A stretch of DNA of 64,000 nucleotides from Lama glama. Its lineage: Eukaryota. The notes beneath the pieces were generated by a model. It was given only the letters and a program-made list of their open reading frames with translations. It made no database searches and was not told where the DNA came from. Positions 11,990 to 24,418 of the stretch are shown here, piece by piece. Within the stretch, counting starts at the first letter, position 1. Each line of letters starts with the position of its first letter. Where the stretch lies: assembly GCA_028534125.1 (NCBI GenBank), contig CM052817.1, forward strand, positions 8,248,001 through 8,312,000. Direction: 5' to 3'. The position numbers were made by a program, and so were the translations under genes.

Positions 11990-12347
11990 CCTTAGGGTAA
12001 GTGGCTTAAACAACAGAGACTGATTTTCTTATGGTTCTGGAAGCTGGATGTTCAAAATCCAGGTGTGGTCTGGTTTGGTCCCGGTTTGCAGATCCTGCCT
12101 TCTCGCTGTGTCCTCACATGGTCCTTTCTCTGTGTGCATGCATCCTTCGTGTCTCTTTAACCTCCAAATTTCCTCTTCTTATAAGTCAGACTCTCCAGTC
12201 AGATTGGCTTAAGGCCCACCCAATAGCCTTGTTCTAACTTAATCACCTCTTTAAAGGCCGTCTCTCCAAATACTGTCACACTCTGCACTGGGGAGTAGGT
12301 CAGTGCTTCAACATATGGATTTTCAAGAGACATGATTCAGTTTATCA
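11990..12347 (-). mobile_element. MLT1A/B-type MaLR solo LTR
   Basis: gtggcttaaacaacag...ttctggaagctgga; ctgccttctcgctgtgtcctcacatgg; aacttaatcacctctttaaaggcc; cttcaacatatg. Confidence 0.85.
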
Positions 12348-12359
12348 GAGACGTCAAGG

Positions 12360-12520
12360 TAAACATTTCACATAGTTATTTTAATGTTCATAATAATGCT
12401 CATGACTAGTCCTATAAGTGACTTCATTTTTCTGAGGCCATCAGAGGTTAAAGTATCTGGTTTATGGTCACACAGCTGGTAAATAGCAGAGCCAGGATTC
12501 TTCTATAGCCAGCTCTGGCT
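12360..12520 (-). mobile_element. MIR SINE
   Basis: gaggttaaagtatctggtttatggtcacacagctggtaaatagcagagccaggattc. Confidence 0.75.
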
Positions 12521-12920
12521 GATACACATCTGGCCACATGAAACACGGCTGCTGTCATGACGGGTACATTTGGAGTGTGACCAAGGGCCAGCTGCACCTT
12601 ATTATCAGCTCCCCCTAATCAAGTGTGGAAGAACAGCACCTTCGGGGGAAGGACTCCAGAAAGGTGGAGAACTTGAGGGCACAATCAGGTTTACATTGTT
12701 TCCAGACACACATCTTGATCTTGGACCAGAGCAGCAGATTTGGGAGGGGCAAGGCCGGCTGCATAGATTGGGTTGCATAATGGGATAGGCATTCTGAGCT
12801 AACTAGGAGGTGATATGGTGGCTTCTGTGGCTGGCTCTGTCCCTGAGCATGAAGAACAGGTCATTTATTCCGAAGTCCAGTTGACTGAAACGCAGGGATG
12901 CAAAGTCACTATCAAAACAG

Positions 12921-13321
12921 TGTTGTGGGTTGAATTGTATCTCTTCAAAAAGGTATGTTGAAGTCTTAACCCTGGTACCTGTGAGCGTGTCTTTATTTGG
13001 GAACAGGATTGCGGCAGATGTAATTAGTTAAGATGAGGCCACACTGAGTTAGGGTAGCCCTGCATCCAATGGCTGATGCATGACGATGGAGGCAGAGATT
13101 GAAGCAGTGTTTCTGCAAGCCAAAGAACACCAAGGATGGCCAGCAGCTGCCAGAGGCTGCGAGGGGGATGTGGGACAGACTGTTCTTCAGAGCCTGCAGA
13201 AGGCACCAACACTTTGGATTTTGTACTTCTGGCCTTTAGGACTGTGAGACAATATGCATCTGTCATTTAAAGCCACTAGGTCTGTGGAACTTTGTTAAGG
13301 CAGCCCTAGGAAACTAATATA
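12921..13321 (+). mobile_element. MLT1C-type MaLR solo LTR
   Basis: tgttgtgggttgaattgt...tatgttgaagtcttaaccc; end tttgttaaggcagccctaggaaactaatata. Confidence 0.9.
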
Positions 13322-14789
13322 GATGGGGAGGGAGAAACATTCATGAAAGTAATTGCTTCGAATGATAATAAGTATGACTCAGAGAGAAGGATGGAGGTGC
13401 AGAATGTGTCTGGGGACTTAGAGGAAAGAGCAATTTTAAAGGAGGACGAGAATTATGCTCTCAGAATCTCCATACAAATGGGTGGATTATGAGAAATAAA
13501 AGAAACTAATGGTAAAAGGTGGTGGATGTGATATTTCCGAGTCACCAAGACTTGGGATGGGATTCGGTATTGGTACATGCTGAAATGCAGGGTGTAACCT
13601 ATTACGTTGGGACATAATTTGTATTAAAAAAAAAAAGACAGACTTACGGAAGTCAGATGGCCTGAGAGGGGAAACAGGCCAGAGGGGCATAGGATAAGGA
13701 CATAAATAAAGACACGTGGAAGTTCTGTCCTTAGAGGTGTAATAAGAGCCATGTGACCCTTTAAATAAAGTGGCCTCTGTCTCTCTGGCTCAGGTCACAC
13801 AGTTGCTCAGAGGTGGGGTATTGTGACACTGGGGATTCACGCCACCTGCCCAGATACCTGCTAGAGCTTTATGAGGCTGAACGTGGGCAAGCGTGACCTG
13901 TTTTTGTCTTGCTTTACTGATAATTTCATCTCACAGGGGCAGGGACTACACAATTTCCACTCTGATTTCATAACGAATTGCCACTTGGTTAGTAAAGCAG
14001 AAGTGGCAGAATCTCAACATAAAGCCAGATGGAACTTCTACTTTTGGGGTGAGTACGGCCTCATACAGTTTATGAGCTCCAGTGAGAAGGAACAAGTGAA
14101 CTTGATCAGAATTGTACCCTAGATTTCAGGAAGAAGGATGTTTTTTTAAAGAAATTTGGAGAATATCCTTTCCTCAGTTCTTGTTGATGGACAACGCAAA
14201 ATTCCAAGGTCTTTTCTTCTGGCTTGCCCCTCCTTTTCTTTTTACAATTAATGCCAAGAACTTCTATCTTTTAAGTGAGTCATCAAGGGATATTACATTT
14301 TAGCCTTTAGAAGATGAAGCTAGCCAGAACCGGAGTCTGTGGAAGGTTAGAATTGGTGTTGAGCAGAGAGTCGGGCAGCCTCATCCCAGATCCCCCACGC
14401 CCAGCTGCACCCAGGCGGCCGGCACTCCCACTGTCTTCTGGAAGGACGACTAGTCATTGTGTAGCATCAGGGAAGTCTGCTGGTTGAGCTTTTCACAAGC
14501 TGCTATTCATACTTGTTAAATAGAAATGGCAGCTTGTTTCGTTTCGTCATTATGAATTTAGATTGTTGTACATTATTAGATGAACCTTACAGTGGTTTGT
14601 TGGCCCTCTTGTGGGAAGTGAAAATAAGAAAATATCTGTGTCACTTGTATGTTGGAACTATGGTTCTCTCATAGCTGCAAGATAAGATTATATTATTGTG
14701 GATTTTAATGTGAAACAGCAACTTGTCGCTAAAACAGGGGTCTACGATCTTTATCACCCCTAGATATTGTGCAGTGTACAGTTGAGTGC

Positions 14790-15190
14790 TAACATTAGAG
14801 CCAGCCTGATTAGTTTGAATCATGGTCTCACCTAAGCTCTTTAAGGCTCAGTTTCTTTATCTATGAAATGGGAATAATAGAACCTACCCTAGTGAGGATT
14901 AAATAACATCATGCATGTGCACTCCTAAGACACTGCTCAGTAAAATGGGAACTAATCATTACCAGTATTTAAAGAATGCTCACAGTTCGCTAAGCACCAT
15001 ATGAATGTTTTACATATATTGAGTAATCGATCCTCAGAATGAGGTGGACGTTACTATTATCTCCGTGTTACAGATTTAAAAAAAAAAGGCATTTGGTAGT
15101 GCTCAGGATCGAATAATTAGGAAGTGGCAAAGTAGGGAATTGAACCTGGGAAGCCTGGTTCTAGATTTATTGCTAGTAACTACCATACCA
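14790..15190. mobile_element. Two MIRs, + then - (tail to tail)
   Basis: ctcagtttctttatctatgaaatgggaataatagaacctacc...gtgaggattaaat; then reverse ctattatctccgtgttacagat...ggaattgaacctgg. Confidence 0.75.
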
Positions 15191-15819
15191 CTTCTGATAA
15201 TGACAAGAACTCACCCATTTATTTTCCAAACGGGTCATACTGTGAGATCAAGGCCAAGTGAATGGTATCTATTCATTTACAAGCCATTTTCCTCCTCACT
15301 TGCTGTGGGTATCTGGAGGGGCTGTGTCTTACTTACCCCCAAGTCCCCAGAAACTAGCTCAGCCCTTGGTCTGTGAATGGTGGAGTCAAGGCCTTCCCCT
15401 CATTGGCCTTTTCAGTTATCCTAGTCTTTGCTGATGATGCTAACAAAGTATTGCCCTGCTTGGGAGCACCACCTGGAGAGAAGTCTTCTAGATTCCACTT
15501 TGAATTCAGTGCTCCTTGAGTGAAACTTGTTGAAATTTCACAAGCTTAGGCATCCTCCAGGATGGAAGCCATCCAGTTGAGCATCTGGAAAATGTCACTT
15601 TCTACTAGTACTTCTTAAAATTCCTGGAGCTCACCAACAATAGCTTTTTAGTCTTCAAAAGAACCTTAGTGCTAGCCTACAAGAGAGGAAACAGGGGTCC
15701 AAAAATGGGACATTTTCTGGAACTTACATGGACAGCCAGGGGTAGATTCCAGGCTGGACACCAGGACTCCTGACACTGTCCAGTGTACCTTCCAATTTGC
15801 ATCTAGAAGGAGAATTTGA

Positions 15820-16400
15820 AATATTATGAATTTTACAATATGAGTGTTGCTTATATGTCCCATAACAATTGGATTAAAGCTGAGAAAGTCAAGCAAATAC
15901 TCATATACTGCTTTTTTAACTAATAGACGTCATAGCTTTAAAAGGCTTTTTAAACAATGAACACTTGCAGATTTAGATAAAGACATTTGTAGAATGCTCA
16001 TGGCCAATAAAACTATGACAGTATTACTTAAGGCACTTAATGAGATCTTAGTGAAAATTCTGTACAATTAGTGTTTTGTTTTGCACATCATAAATCAAGT
16101 AAGTGTTCTACAAAATATTAAAGACATCTGAAACATTCAGAAGTGTATCATTTGTGGAAATTTCTAAGCATCCATGAAACAAACTAGACAGTGTTTTGGA
16201 TAAAAACAAATGATTTCACTAATGGAAGCCTTAGGAGAAAAGAGTTTGAATCAAAATTTGAATCAAGATCCATTAAAATATTACTGTAACAGATAGGCTA
16301 TTTGTGAAACTGGATTTTCAAACAAATGGCTATTCCATATTTTGAAATGAATGGCTTATGATTTTGCTTGGAAAGGAAGATATTTGTGAACTTAGGGGAA
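15820..16400 (+). mobile_element. Putative ancient hAT (Blackjack-like) transposase fossil
   Basis: Frameshifted pieces in hAT motif order: FKRLFK..TCRF, ICRML..QYYL, CFVLHIINQVSVLQNIKDI, IGYL*NWIF; AT-rich; similarity judged by eye. Confidence 0.45.
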
Positions 16401-16511
16401 AAAATATTTTCCTAATAACTATTTTAATAGTGGTCAAAGATAAGAATGATTATCAATCAATCAGTGCTGGGTGATATATGGCCCAGATACAGTCTTTCAC
16501 TCCTTTTTCAG

Positions 16512-16635
16512 AGCTACCACTGTCCTTTCCAGATGTTTCTAGTGTGGCAATAATTGCACCCTTAAACTGTAGATGGCCTGCGATTTTCTATGGGCAGGGG
16601 CCTTGTCTCTCTATTTGTGGATTTATTTTGAACAG
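16512..16635 (+). other. Candidate cryptic or non-coding exon (124 nt)
   Basis: Acceptor tctttcactcctttttcag| at 16511 and consensus donor CAG|GTAAGT at 16635/16636. Confidence 0.3.
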
Positions 16636-16686
16636 GTAAGTTGAATTATTTCAGTGTCACATGTGGCATCTTTTGACTCCAATTTC

Positions 16687-17262
16687 TGTGGGAATAAATG
16701 GAGATCAACCAAATGAGAAAAGCAAAGGCTATTTTTTTTTGAATTTGCTATAGCAAAGGACTACCATTTGCATTTGGGCAGAGACTAAAAAGCAGGCAGA
16801 GGAGTAGAGAAACTTTGCTGAGGAAAAAGGGAAAGCTTTTCTGTGCCCTGATTGGGGGCTACTGGCATGAGGAAGCTATGGGCGGGGTCGCTAGAAGCAC
16901 GCACAACATCCCATGTGAGTGGTGGGGGGTGCATATTTAACTTTCTCAGGTTGGTCCCAAGTTGGAAACAGAGACACAAGTTAGGAAGGCTGTCAGTTAT
17001 CAGTCAAGTCCTAGCTGTTTGGGGCTGATTGTTACAGGAGTTACTGTCTGGTTTCTTGGACCAGTTGCTGGCGATAGTGATCTGACTTCCTGCAAGTCTG
17101 ACTTAATAGGCAGCAGGTTGACTTCCTGAGCGAGGTACTGTAGGCAATGGATTGGTTTCTTGGGCTGATTGCTGTAGATTGTGGGTCAGGATTCATATGG
17201 GCTCATGTGGGTCATTTCTGTATGGGGTCTGGCCAGTGTTGATTTGTGTACTCAGTCTGTCA
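16687..17262 (-). mobile_element. ERV1 solo LTR, MER89/MER90-like, full length
   Basis: TG...CA ends; tgtgggaataaatggagatcaaccaaatgagaaaagcaaaggctatt; ctgacttcctgcaagtctgactta; flanks tttc/gttc (4-bp TSD, 1 mismatch). Confidence 0.8.
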
Positions 17263-17285
17263 GTTCAGTTCTCTTCCTTCTAAAT

Positions 17286-17506
17286 TGGGGATATCAAACT
17301 TACTGTCAAGGGCCAGAGAGAAAGTGTTTTCAGCTTTGTGAGCCATGCAGTCTCTGTTGCAATTACACAACTCCGACATTTTAGCACAAAAGCAGCCACT
17401 GAGGACATGTAAACAAGTGGATTTGGCTATGTTCCAACAAAAGTTTATTTATGAAAATAGGCAGCACGCTTGATTTGGCCCTAGGGCTGTAGTTTGCAGA
17501 TCCCTG
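17286..17506 (+). mobile_element. MER58A hAT MITE
   Basis: aagggccagagagaaagtgttttcagctttgtgagcca...gttccaacaaaagtttattta...gctgtagtttgcagatccctg; 8-bp TSD ttctaaat/ttctacag. Confidence 0.9.
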
Positions 17507-17944
17507 TTCTACAGTGAAGAGTTTGCACAAAATCAACAAATGTGCAAATAACAGCTGTCTCCTGTGTCATGACTCATTTCCTTCAGGCCCGTTTTCATAC
17601 TAATGAAATTATGATCTTTGCGGTCTAGTTTCCGAGTGGCGTCATATTCAAGAAGCATAGTTCAACAACAAAACTAAAAAAAATTCCATTATTTCCCCCT
17701 TCCACTCGAAGGACATTTTATGATACCCATTTAATAACTAAAGTGATCCTTCTTATAATGTTTATCTTCTCATTCCTCCATGGTCCAAATTCCATTTTAA
17801 GAACCTCTTATCTGTCAAAACCCCCAAAGAAACCCTCTGTCATATACAGTGAATCAACACGGTGAACTACCTTCTTGGTATACGTCACAAAGCAGACAAG
17901 AGTGGGTGAGTGGAACATGGTTAAGTTGGCAAAGATGGTCTGTC

Positions 17945-18342
17945 CTTTGTTTGGTCCCCTCATGTTTGCAATATGGCTGCCACAGTTCCAGGCATCACAA
18001 ATAGACAAAAAATGACTACAGCAAGTAAAGGCCATTTCTTCCTGCTTCTCCTTATGAGTAAAAACCCTCTACCAGAAGCTTCCTAGCAGACTCACACTCG
18101 TGTCTTATTCACCCAATTGCATCACGTGCTCATGCCTAACTCCATGCTGGTAAGGGGAATGGGGCCACCAGGACTGGCTTCGATTAAGCAGTAGTCACCT
18201 GCTGAGGTTGGGGGTACATCCTGCCTCCTCTGTTGCACATGGCCTTCAGGGGAGGGTGGACGTGAATGAGTGCAGCTGGGGTTCTGTAGGAAGGATGAGG
18301 GAGAGGGAGTCAATACTGAGAAGCCAATGAGTGGTATCTTCA
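17945..18342 (-). mobile_element. MLT1J/K-type MaLR LTR
   Basis: atggctgccacagttccaggcatcaca; ccagaagcttcctagcagact; ggtaaggggaatgggg; ggggttctgtaggaagga. Confidence 0.75.
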
Positions 18343-19611
18343 GCAAGAGGCAAAGGAGCAGGGGGAACAATGGCTGTAGAGAAAAGGTGGTGGGAGGAAA
18401 TAAAGGACCTGTGAGGCTTTAAAATCTCTAGGTTTTTAACATTCACCAAAGTAAAAACAGTCAGTTTCCTTTCTGTGGCAGACAGATTCTGGATGGGATT
18501 GTTGGATTCTTTGACAAAGAGTTGTATTCCATCTTCCCCTGAACACATCACATATCAGGCAAGAGCAGGTAACAACCTCAAATTGTGCCTATGGTACATA
18601 GACACTTAAAAAAAACACTTTGTTTTTTTCATTTGGGTTAACCAAACCCATTTACTCATTGTTCCCTGAAGCCACATAATTGTTTTGTGATTTTTCTACC
18701 TTCACATACCATTTCTTCTTACATTTCCTCCCACCCACCCAGCCCCCATTGCAATGCCTTTCCCCCTCTTCTCTACCACAGATCTTACCTGCTCTCTGAA
18801 GTCTGGCTTGAATCCATGTTGCTTGTGAAGCCCTTTTCTCCATTCCAGACCCAGGGCGCCATTCTCTGAAGGAGCCATCAGGGGCCTGTGGGATTGACAG
18901 GGCTTCACTGGGGAAGCCCTCATACAGTCAGATGGAGCACCAGAGGGTCATCGTTTTCCAGGAGATAAGTGGTCCTCAAAATTATCAGAGCAGCAGAACC
19001 AGGAGGCTGCCAGGTCTGGGATCAGGGGCTATGTAAAACAATGGAGTAGGATTCTAAGGCTGAACAGAGAGAAAAATTATTCTGGGAATCTTTAGCTGGT
19101 GTCCTGGTCCTTCCAGATGACATTTTTTTTCATGGATGAGATGTATATTTTATTTGAGCATCAGTTTTCTCATCTTCAAAATGAAGTCTATACTTATCTT
19201 TTCACCCCTCCCATCCTCCATGAGAATCTAAACTCCAAGAGACAGGAACTATATTTTATTTTCAATTTACCAATTACATCCAGCTCATAGTGTATTATCT
19301 GGCATCTAGGAGGCACAATACATCCTTGTTGAAAACTAAAATGAGTGTAAAATAAGGAAGCATCGATGTAAATGTTTGTAAACTTAAGGTATGATACAAG
19401 TGGAATACATTTTGTTCTCACCACCTCCAAGATTAGCATCCATCTCTATGCCCAGTAGGTATACAGTTTGTGCCAGCTGATACATCCTCTATGCAATGCA
19501 TAGCATACTGTGAAGCTGTTTCAATCAAAATGTGGCATCTTTTAGAGCAGAAGAACACCTGTCTTGTGTCTGACCATCACCTATAAATCTTGCCTTCAGG
19601 TTGTCTAATGC

Positions 19612-19813
19612 CTAATGGCAGATGAATAGCATGTATACCTCTACCTGCCTCCTCTGGACTCAGGACGGACGTTGATAACTGATCATGAGGCTTTCCCACT
19701 GAGCCTGGACATGGTACTCACATTCTTTAAAAACCATTTTTACAGGCAGCTGCTACCAACTGATAAGAGTTGATCAGAAGTCCATTTGACGTGAAGTCTA
19801 TTTGCTATCCCTG
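19612..19813 (-). mobile_element. MER117-like hAT MITE
   Basis: ctttcccactgagcctggac, caggcagctgctaccaactgat, end ctatttgctatccctg; reverse-similar to the 486-666 copy. Confidence 0.7.
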
Positions 19814-20249
19814 GTCTTAATTGAAGAGTGCTCTCTTTTTGCTTGTTTATTTAATTTCCTGAAGATCTCCATCTATGGAATCTCCACAGTCTCCTCCTGT
19901 TGATCATTTCTCCGTTTTCTTCTTTGGCTGGAAAGTTCTCATATCCAAATGCAGAAATAAGGCTGTCTTTGTCCTTCAACCCAAACAAATATCCCAAAGA
20001 AATATGATTTGGTTTTGCTTCTAGGAAATAAGAGAAATAGCAAAGAGGGAATGAATCAATCCACCTCAGTGAGGTTGCTGTGAAATTTACTAGAAACAAA
20101 CCTCCCCCTTGGCATACAAAGGCCACACCTACAACAGCAGACTCAACTGCCCTGTTTCTGTAACGTGCTGCGCCTCACCACATTTTTTACCTTTTAAAGC
20201 ACTTTACAAACATTTCTTAGTTGATTTATTGCCCTGGTACCAGTTTAGA

Positions 20250-20500
20250 ACACAGCAACAAGAGTGATTAAAAGGCCAGAAGAACTGATTTATGATGAAA
20301 GATTAAAAATGGAATATGATTTGAAACTTGACCAAACAAAGATCCACAGGCAGACATCTCAGCCACCTGTAATTACCCGGCAGAGTGTGAACCCCAAAGC
20401 AAGAGATGAATGATTTCATTCTGCCATTAGGGGTTTCAAAAGAGAATGTTGATTCTTTTTTTTAATGAAGAAAAATTTAGTCGAGTAGATTGATTCTCCA
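20250..20500 (+). mobile_element. Ancient CR1/L3-type LINE fragment (ORF2 3' region)
   Basis: gcaacaagagtgattaaaaggccagaagaactgatttatgatgaaagattaaaa reads ATRVIKRPEELIYDERLK, like the CR1 ORF2 C-terminal motif ATRMIKGLE.L.YEERLK. Confidence 0.65.
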
Positions 20501-21749
20501 AGGACTATGGGCTGTCCCAGAAAGCTTCAGACTCAAGGTTGCTGCAGGACCAAGGTCGAGAGCAGAGAATGACTTTCTTCTACAGTCAGGCATAAAACCA
20601 AAGCCTCCTTCTGCTCCACTTTTCCCATCCTCCCATCTCTCACGGTCCGTTGGCTTTAGTATATGATTTTAGGAGACTTTACTATCTTTGTGCTTCTGGG
20701 TATAAACTGACAATCTGCAACACTCAACCTAAGGAAAATTACTATTTGATCCTCTGTAGAGGATGCTTCCTGTCCAATTGTCTATTGATTATAGGTACCA
20801 AAATGGGTATTTATGTGATGAACTCTTTCCGGTTTTCAGTAAGCACTCTTCTCAGGTTTTCCAAAAATGCGTAACAATAAAACCAACAGAATAGCTCATA
20901 GATTCTTTATGTTTCAAAATAAAGTTTTGGCTTAGTTTTTATTTAAGAAGGCATGTTTCTCAACTAAAGATAAGTAATGTTTCTTGGCTTTAAATTATTC
21001 ATTAGTTTTTTAATATAAATGCATTCACCTAAAAAGCATTAAATGAGTATTTGTGATGCACACATTATGATTTAGCCACCTTAGGAGAAATGTTTTATAG
21101 ACATTAAAGGCATGACCCCTGTTGGCAAGGAACTAATTTAGAGACTAAAGGGGTAAAGGATTTCAAACTCTCCCTGGGTGCTTAATGTGGGGCTGAATTT
21201 CTTCCTATTGGTGAGTGAAGCCAGGGTGAAGCTTTGGGAACTGAGGCTGTGCAGGGAATGCTGCTGCCTATTTTCATCAGCAGTGGCTCAGTGGAAATCA
21301 ATGATACTGACCCAAGTGAAGTTGAGCTTAAGAACTATTGAAAAAACGAACACTTTCAAATCCCCAAGTGTAGGGTTTGCAAAAGGGGTTAGCTTGATGG
21401 AGTGAAAAAGGTTCAAAAGAATGAATCCAGAAGAGAACCTGGGGACTTAAGAGGCAGAAGATGGAGTCTCTGAAAAAGAGCTACGATCATAGAGATAAGC
21501 GGAAGTTTGCTATGGGGCATGAGAGGAAGGTGGGAGACAGGCAGGTAAACAATTGATTCAGGCACAAAAGCTCAGCGCTGCCATCTTGCTCGATGCCAGG
21601 GAGATCACTCTTTTTGTGTTTAATGTGAAGAGTGTCCCTGGAGTTGGAGGAAGCAGAAACTCTAAAGAAGCTATGACAGAGGGCTACAGGGCTGCAGACG
21701 AGGAGACACAAGCTATTCAGCAAAGTTTGGGAAGAGTTTTAGAGGACAT

Positions 21750-22200
21750 GGCATCTAAGCTAATTCAGGATAATATAGAATTAACTAGGAGAAGAGAGAG
21801 TAAAACGTATTTCAGGCAGAGCACAAAGCAGCTGCAAACATAAGGGGGTCTGGGAGGTCCTGAGTTGTCTGGGGCATGGTCTGTTAGAAGGGCAGAAGGG
21901 AACACATGAATGTCTAAGTAGGGGTGGTACAGAGGAGCTAGGGGAGAGGTAAGTCACTCCATGGAGATCCTTGGCCAGCATGTTGGAGTGCGGGCATCAT
22001 TCTGCAGGTGTGGGGAACAGTGCAGAATTATGTAGGAAGCTACCTGACTGGAGAATGAGAAAGCTCACACTGTCAATGGTGTAGAGGGCGGAGGGAGGGA
22101 GACACTGGTGGCAGGGGACCAGTTAGGAGGCTGTTGAAGTAGCCCAGGCAAGAAGCAATGAGGATCTGAACAATGTCACTGCAGTGGGGGGAAGAAGCAG
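21750..22200 (-). mobile_element. L2 fragment
   Basis: ttcaggcagagcaca; gtggcaggggaccagttaggaggctgttgaagtagcccaggcaagaagcaatgaggatctgaac. Confidence 0.75.
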
Positions 22201-23109
22201 CAGGGAGAAGACCTCATGGCTCTTTCCTTCATACTTTTACCGAGGTCTGCCTCCCTTCTGCTGAGTCAGGTTGGAAGACTTTCACATTTATGCTGTCGAG
22301 GTCACTGCTGCCTACTGCACGGGAATATCTGGAAATGTTTCATTTTTAACTTGCTTGGGCACGGAGACTGACAAATATCGGGACAGCAGAACCTGGCACG
22401 TCCTTCATCACCTGGCAAAATGACTCTGCCTTATTAATCATAACTCCTCACTGCATTTCCAACAAACACTTTTTCTTTCTCTGGGGTTGATAAATTTGAT
22501 AAAAATTTGGGGTAGTGTGGAGAGGTTATGTGGAGCACATTACATATCCCACAGGTTGAGAACCAGATGGATTTTAAGTCATAGACTCTAATAATGTGTG
22601 ACATGATGGGGAGCGAGACACAAAAAATATGACAGCAAGTCCCAAGCACCACGCCTACCACGATCTCCTGAGTTTACAGCCCTCTCACCAGATACCTAAT
22701 ATATAAGATTGCAGTCCGACGCTGTAAAAGGACTTACACAGTCTATTTTGAAAAACTGGTACTTCAATAAATAAGATAAGTGGAGGAACCGGGATATAAG
22801 AAAACATATAAAAAAAACTTTAGAAGGTCAACGAAGCCTGGGGAGATAAAACTCAATAGTTCAGGGACAGAAACGAAATGGAGTTTTCTTTGTTTCAGAT
22901 AGAAAATTACAAGGCACTGTTGGAGGTTTAGCTGGAGTTGGAGAAGTCCCTTGCAAGAGTGCAATTTAACAAGCCAGCTAGGAATCTGACCCCATCCGCA
23001 TAAAGGAAACACAACTTTTTGCTGGCTTTTCACCAGGATGAGAATTGTCTCACTAGTAAGAAAACTTTAGAGAGGATGAAAAATGTTCTGTGCTTTGTTC
23101 TGGGTGGAG

Positions 23110-23220
23110 AATGCTTAAGGGGGTGTACAACTGGCGAAACTCATCAAATTGGACACCTGAGATGGGTGCGTTTTATTGGTATCAGCCCATCAATAAAAAT
23201 AATATAAATAATTTAAAAAA
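23110..23220 (+). mobile_element. Old L1M 3' tail
   Basis: ggtgtacaactggcgaaactcatcaaattggacacctgagatgggtgcgttttattg...tcaataaaa. Confidence 0.7.
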
Positions 23221-23499
23221 GCAAAGGAGAAGGACTATACTGCCACTGTCCCACTGGTAAGTTAACATACACCGAGTAGTGGCGTAGATCAGACTTGGAG
23301 TAGTCAGGATCTCAGGATCACAAACCTCCCCGAATCAGGCCTGTTACTTAGAGGAGGGGCCAAACTTTTATTTAATGTGTTTGGGAAGGCCAGGCCACCT
23401 CTGAGTAGCAGACAAACTGGACTACATGCACCATCTATGCCTTTGGCTTCTCTGGCCAAGCACAAAACTAATTAAGTCTTTCTGTGAACTGGGAACCGA

Positions 23500-23664
23500 G
23501 TGTGGGTTTCTCTTATCCATGAATCACACATGAAGGACTTGGCTAATCAGGATTCCAAGACCTCATCCATGCCCAAAGAGGAGGATCGGCATTGACTAGT
23601 GATGTCTGTTGAGGGTGTAGTAAGGGGGATTGGAGCAAGTATGCCAAATACTTGCTAACCTCTG
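23500..23664 (+). mobile_element. Degenerate MER117-like hAT MITE
   Basis: aggattccaagacc...ttgactagtgatgtctg...gtatgccaaatacttgctaacctctg resembles the 3' half of the 486-666 copy. Confidence 0.5.
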
Positions 23665-23804
23665 CTGCCCTAATTCTTTTGCAGGAAGACGGCAAATAGG
23701 GGGCTGGATTCTCAAGGCCACCAGGAAATTTCTCTAGTAGTGGAAGCAGTGACAGTGCTAGTGCTGGGAATGTTAAGGCACATTGGGTCTAGAGATCAAC
23801 TTCT

Positions 23805-24418
23805 TTTTCTTTTATATTGATTTATAATCATTTTACAATGTCGTGTTAAATTCCAGTGTAGAGCACAATTTTTCAGTTATACATGAACATATATATATAT
23901 TCATTGTCACATTTTTTCCTCTGTGAGCTACCATAAGATCTTGTGTATATTTCCCTGTGCTATACAGTATAATCTTGTTTATCTATTCTACAATTTTGAA
24001 ATCCTGTCTATTCCTTCCCACCCTCCGCCCCCTTGGCAACCACAAGTTTGTATTCTATGTCTATGAGTCTGTTTCTGTTTTGTATTTATGATTTGTTTGG
24101 TTTTTTTTTTTTAGATTCCACATATGAGTGATCTTATATGGTATTTTTCTTTCTCTTTCTGGCTTACTTCACTTAGAATGACATTCTCCAGGAGCATCCA
24201 TATTGCTGCAAATGGCTTTATGTTGTCGGTTTTTATGGCTGAGTAGTATTCCACTGTATACATATATCACATCTTCTTTATCCAGTCATCTGTTGATGGA
24301 CATTTAGGCTTGGCTATTGTAAATAGTGCTCCTATGAACATTGGGGTGCAGGTGTCCTCCTGAAGTAGGGTTCGTTCTGGATATATGCCCAGGAGCATGA
24401 TTCCTGGGTCATACGGTG
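23805..24418 (-). mobile_element. Young camelid-type L1 3' end (about 610 bp, 5'-truncated)
   Basis: tattgatttataatcattttacaatgtcgtgttaaattccagtgtagagcac...; perfect 13-bp TSD gagatcaacttct at 23792-23804 and 24419-24431. Confidence 0.93.

Noticed and set aside
23037..23256. Possible exon between cttttcaccag| and CTG|GTAAGT
   Set aside because: Spans an old L1 tail with AATAAA and a stop; such pairings are expected by chance in 64 kb
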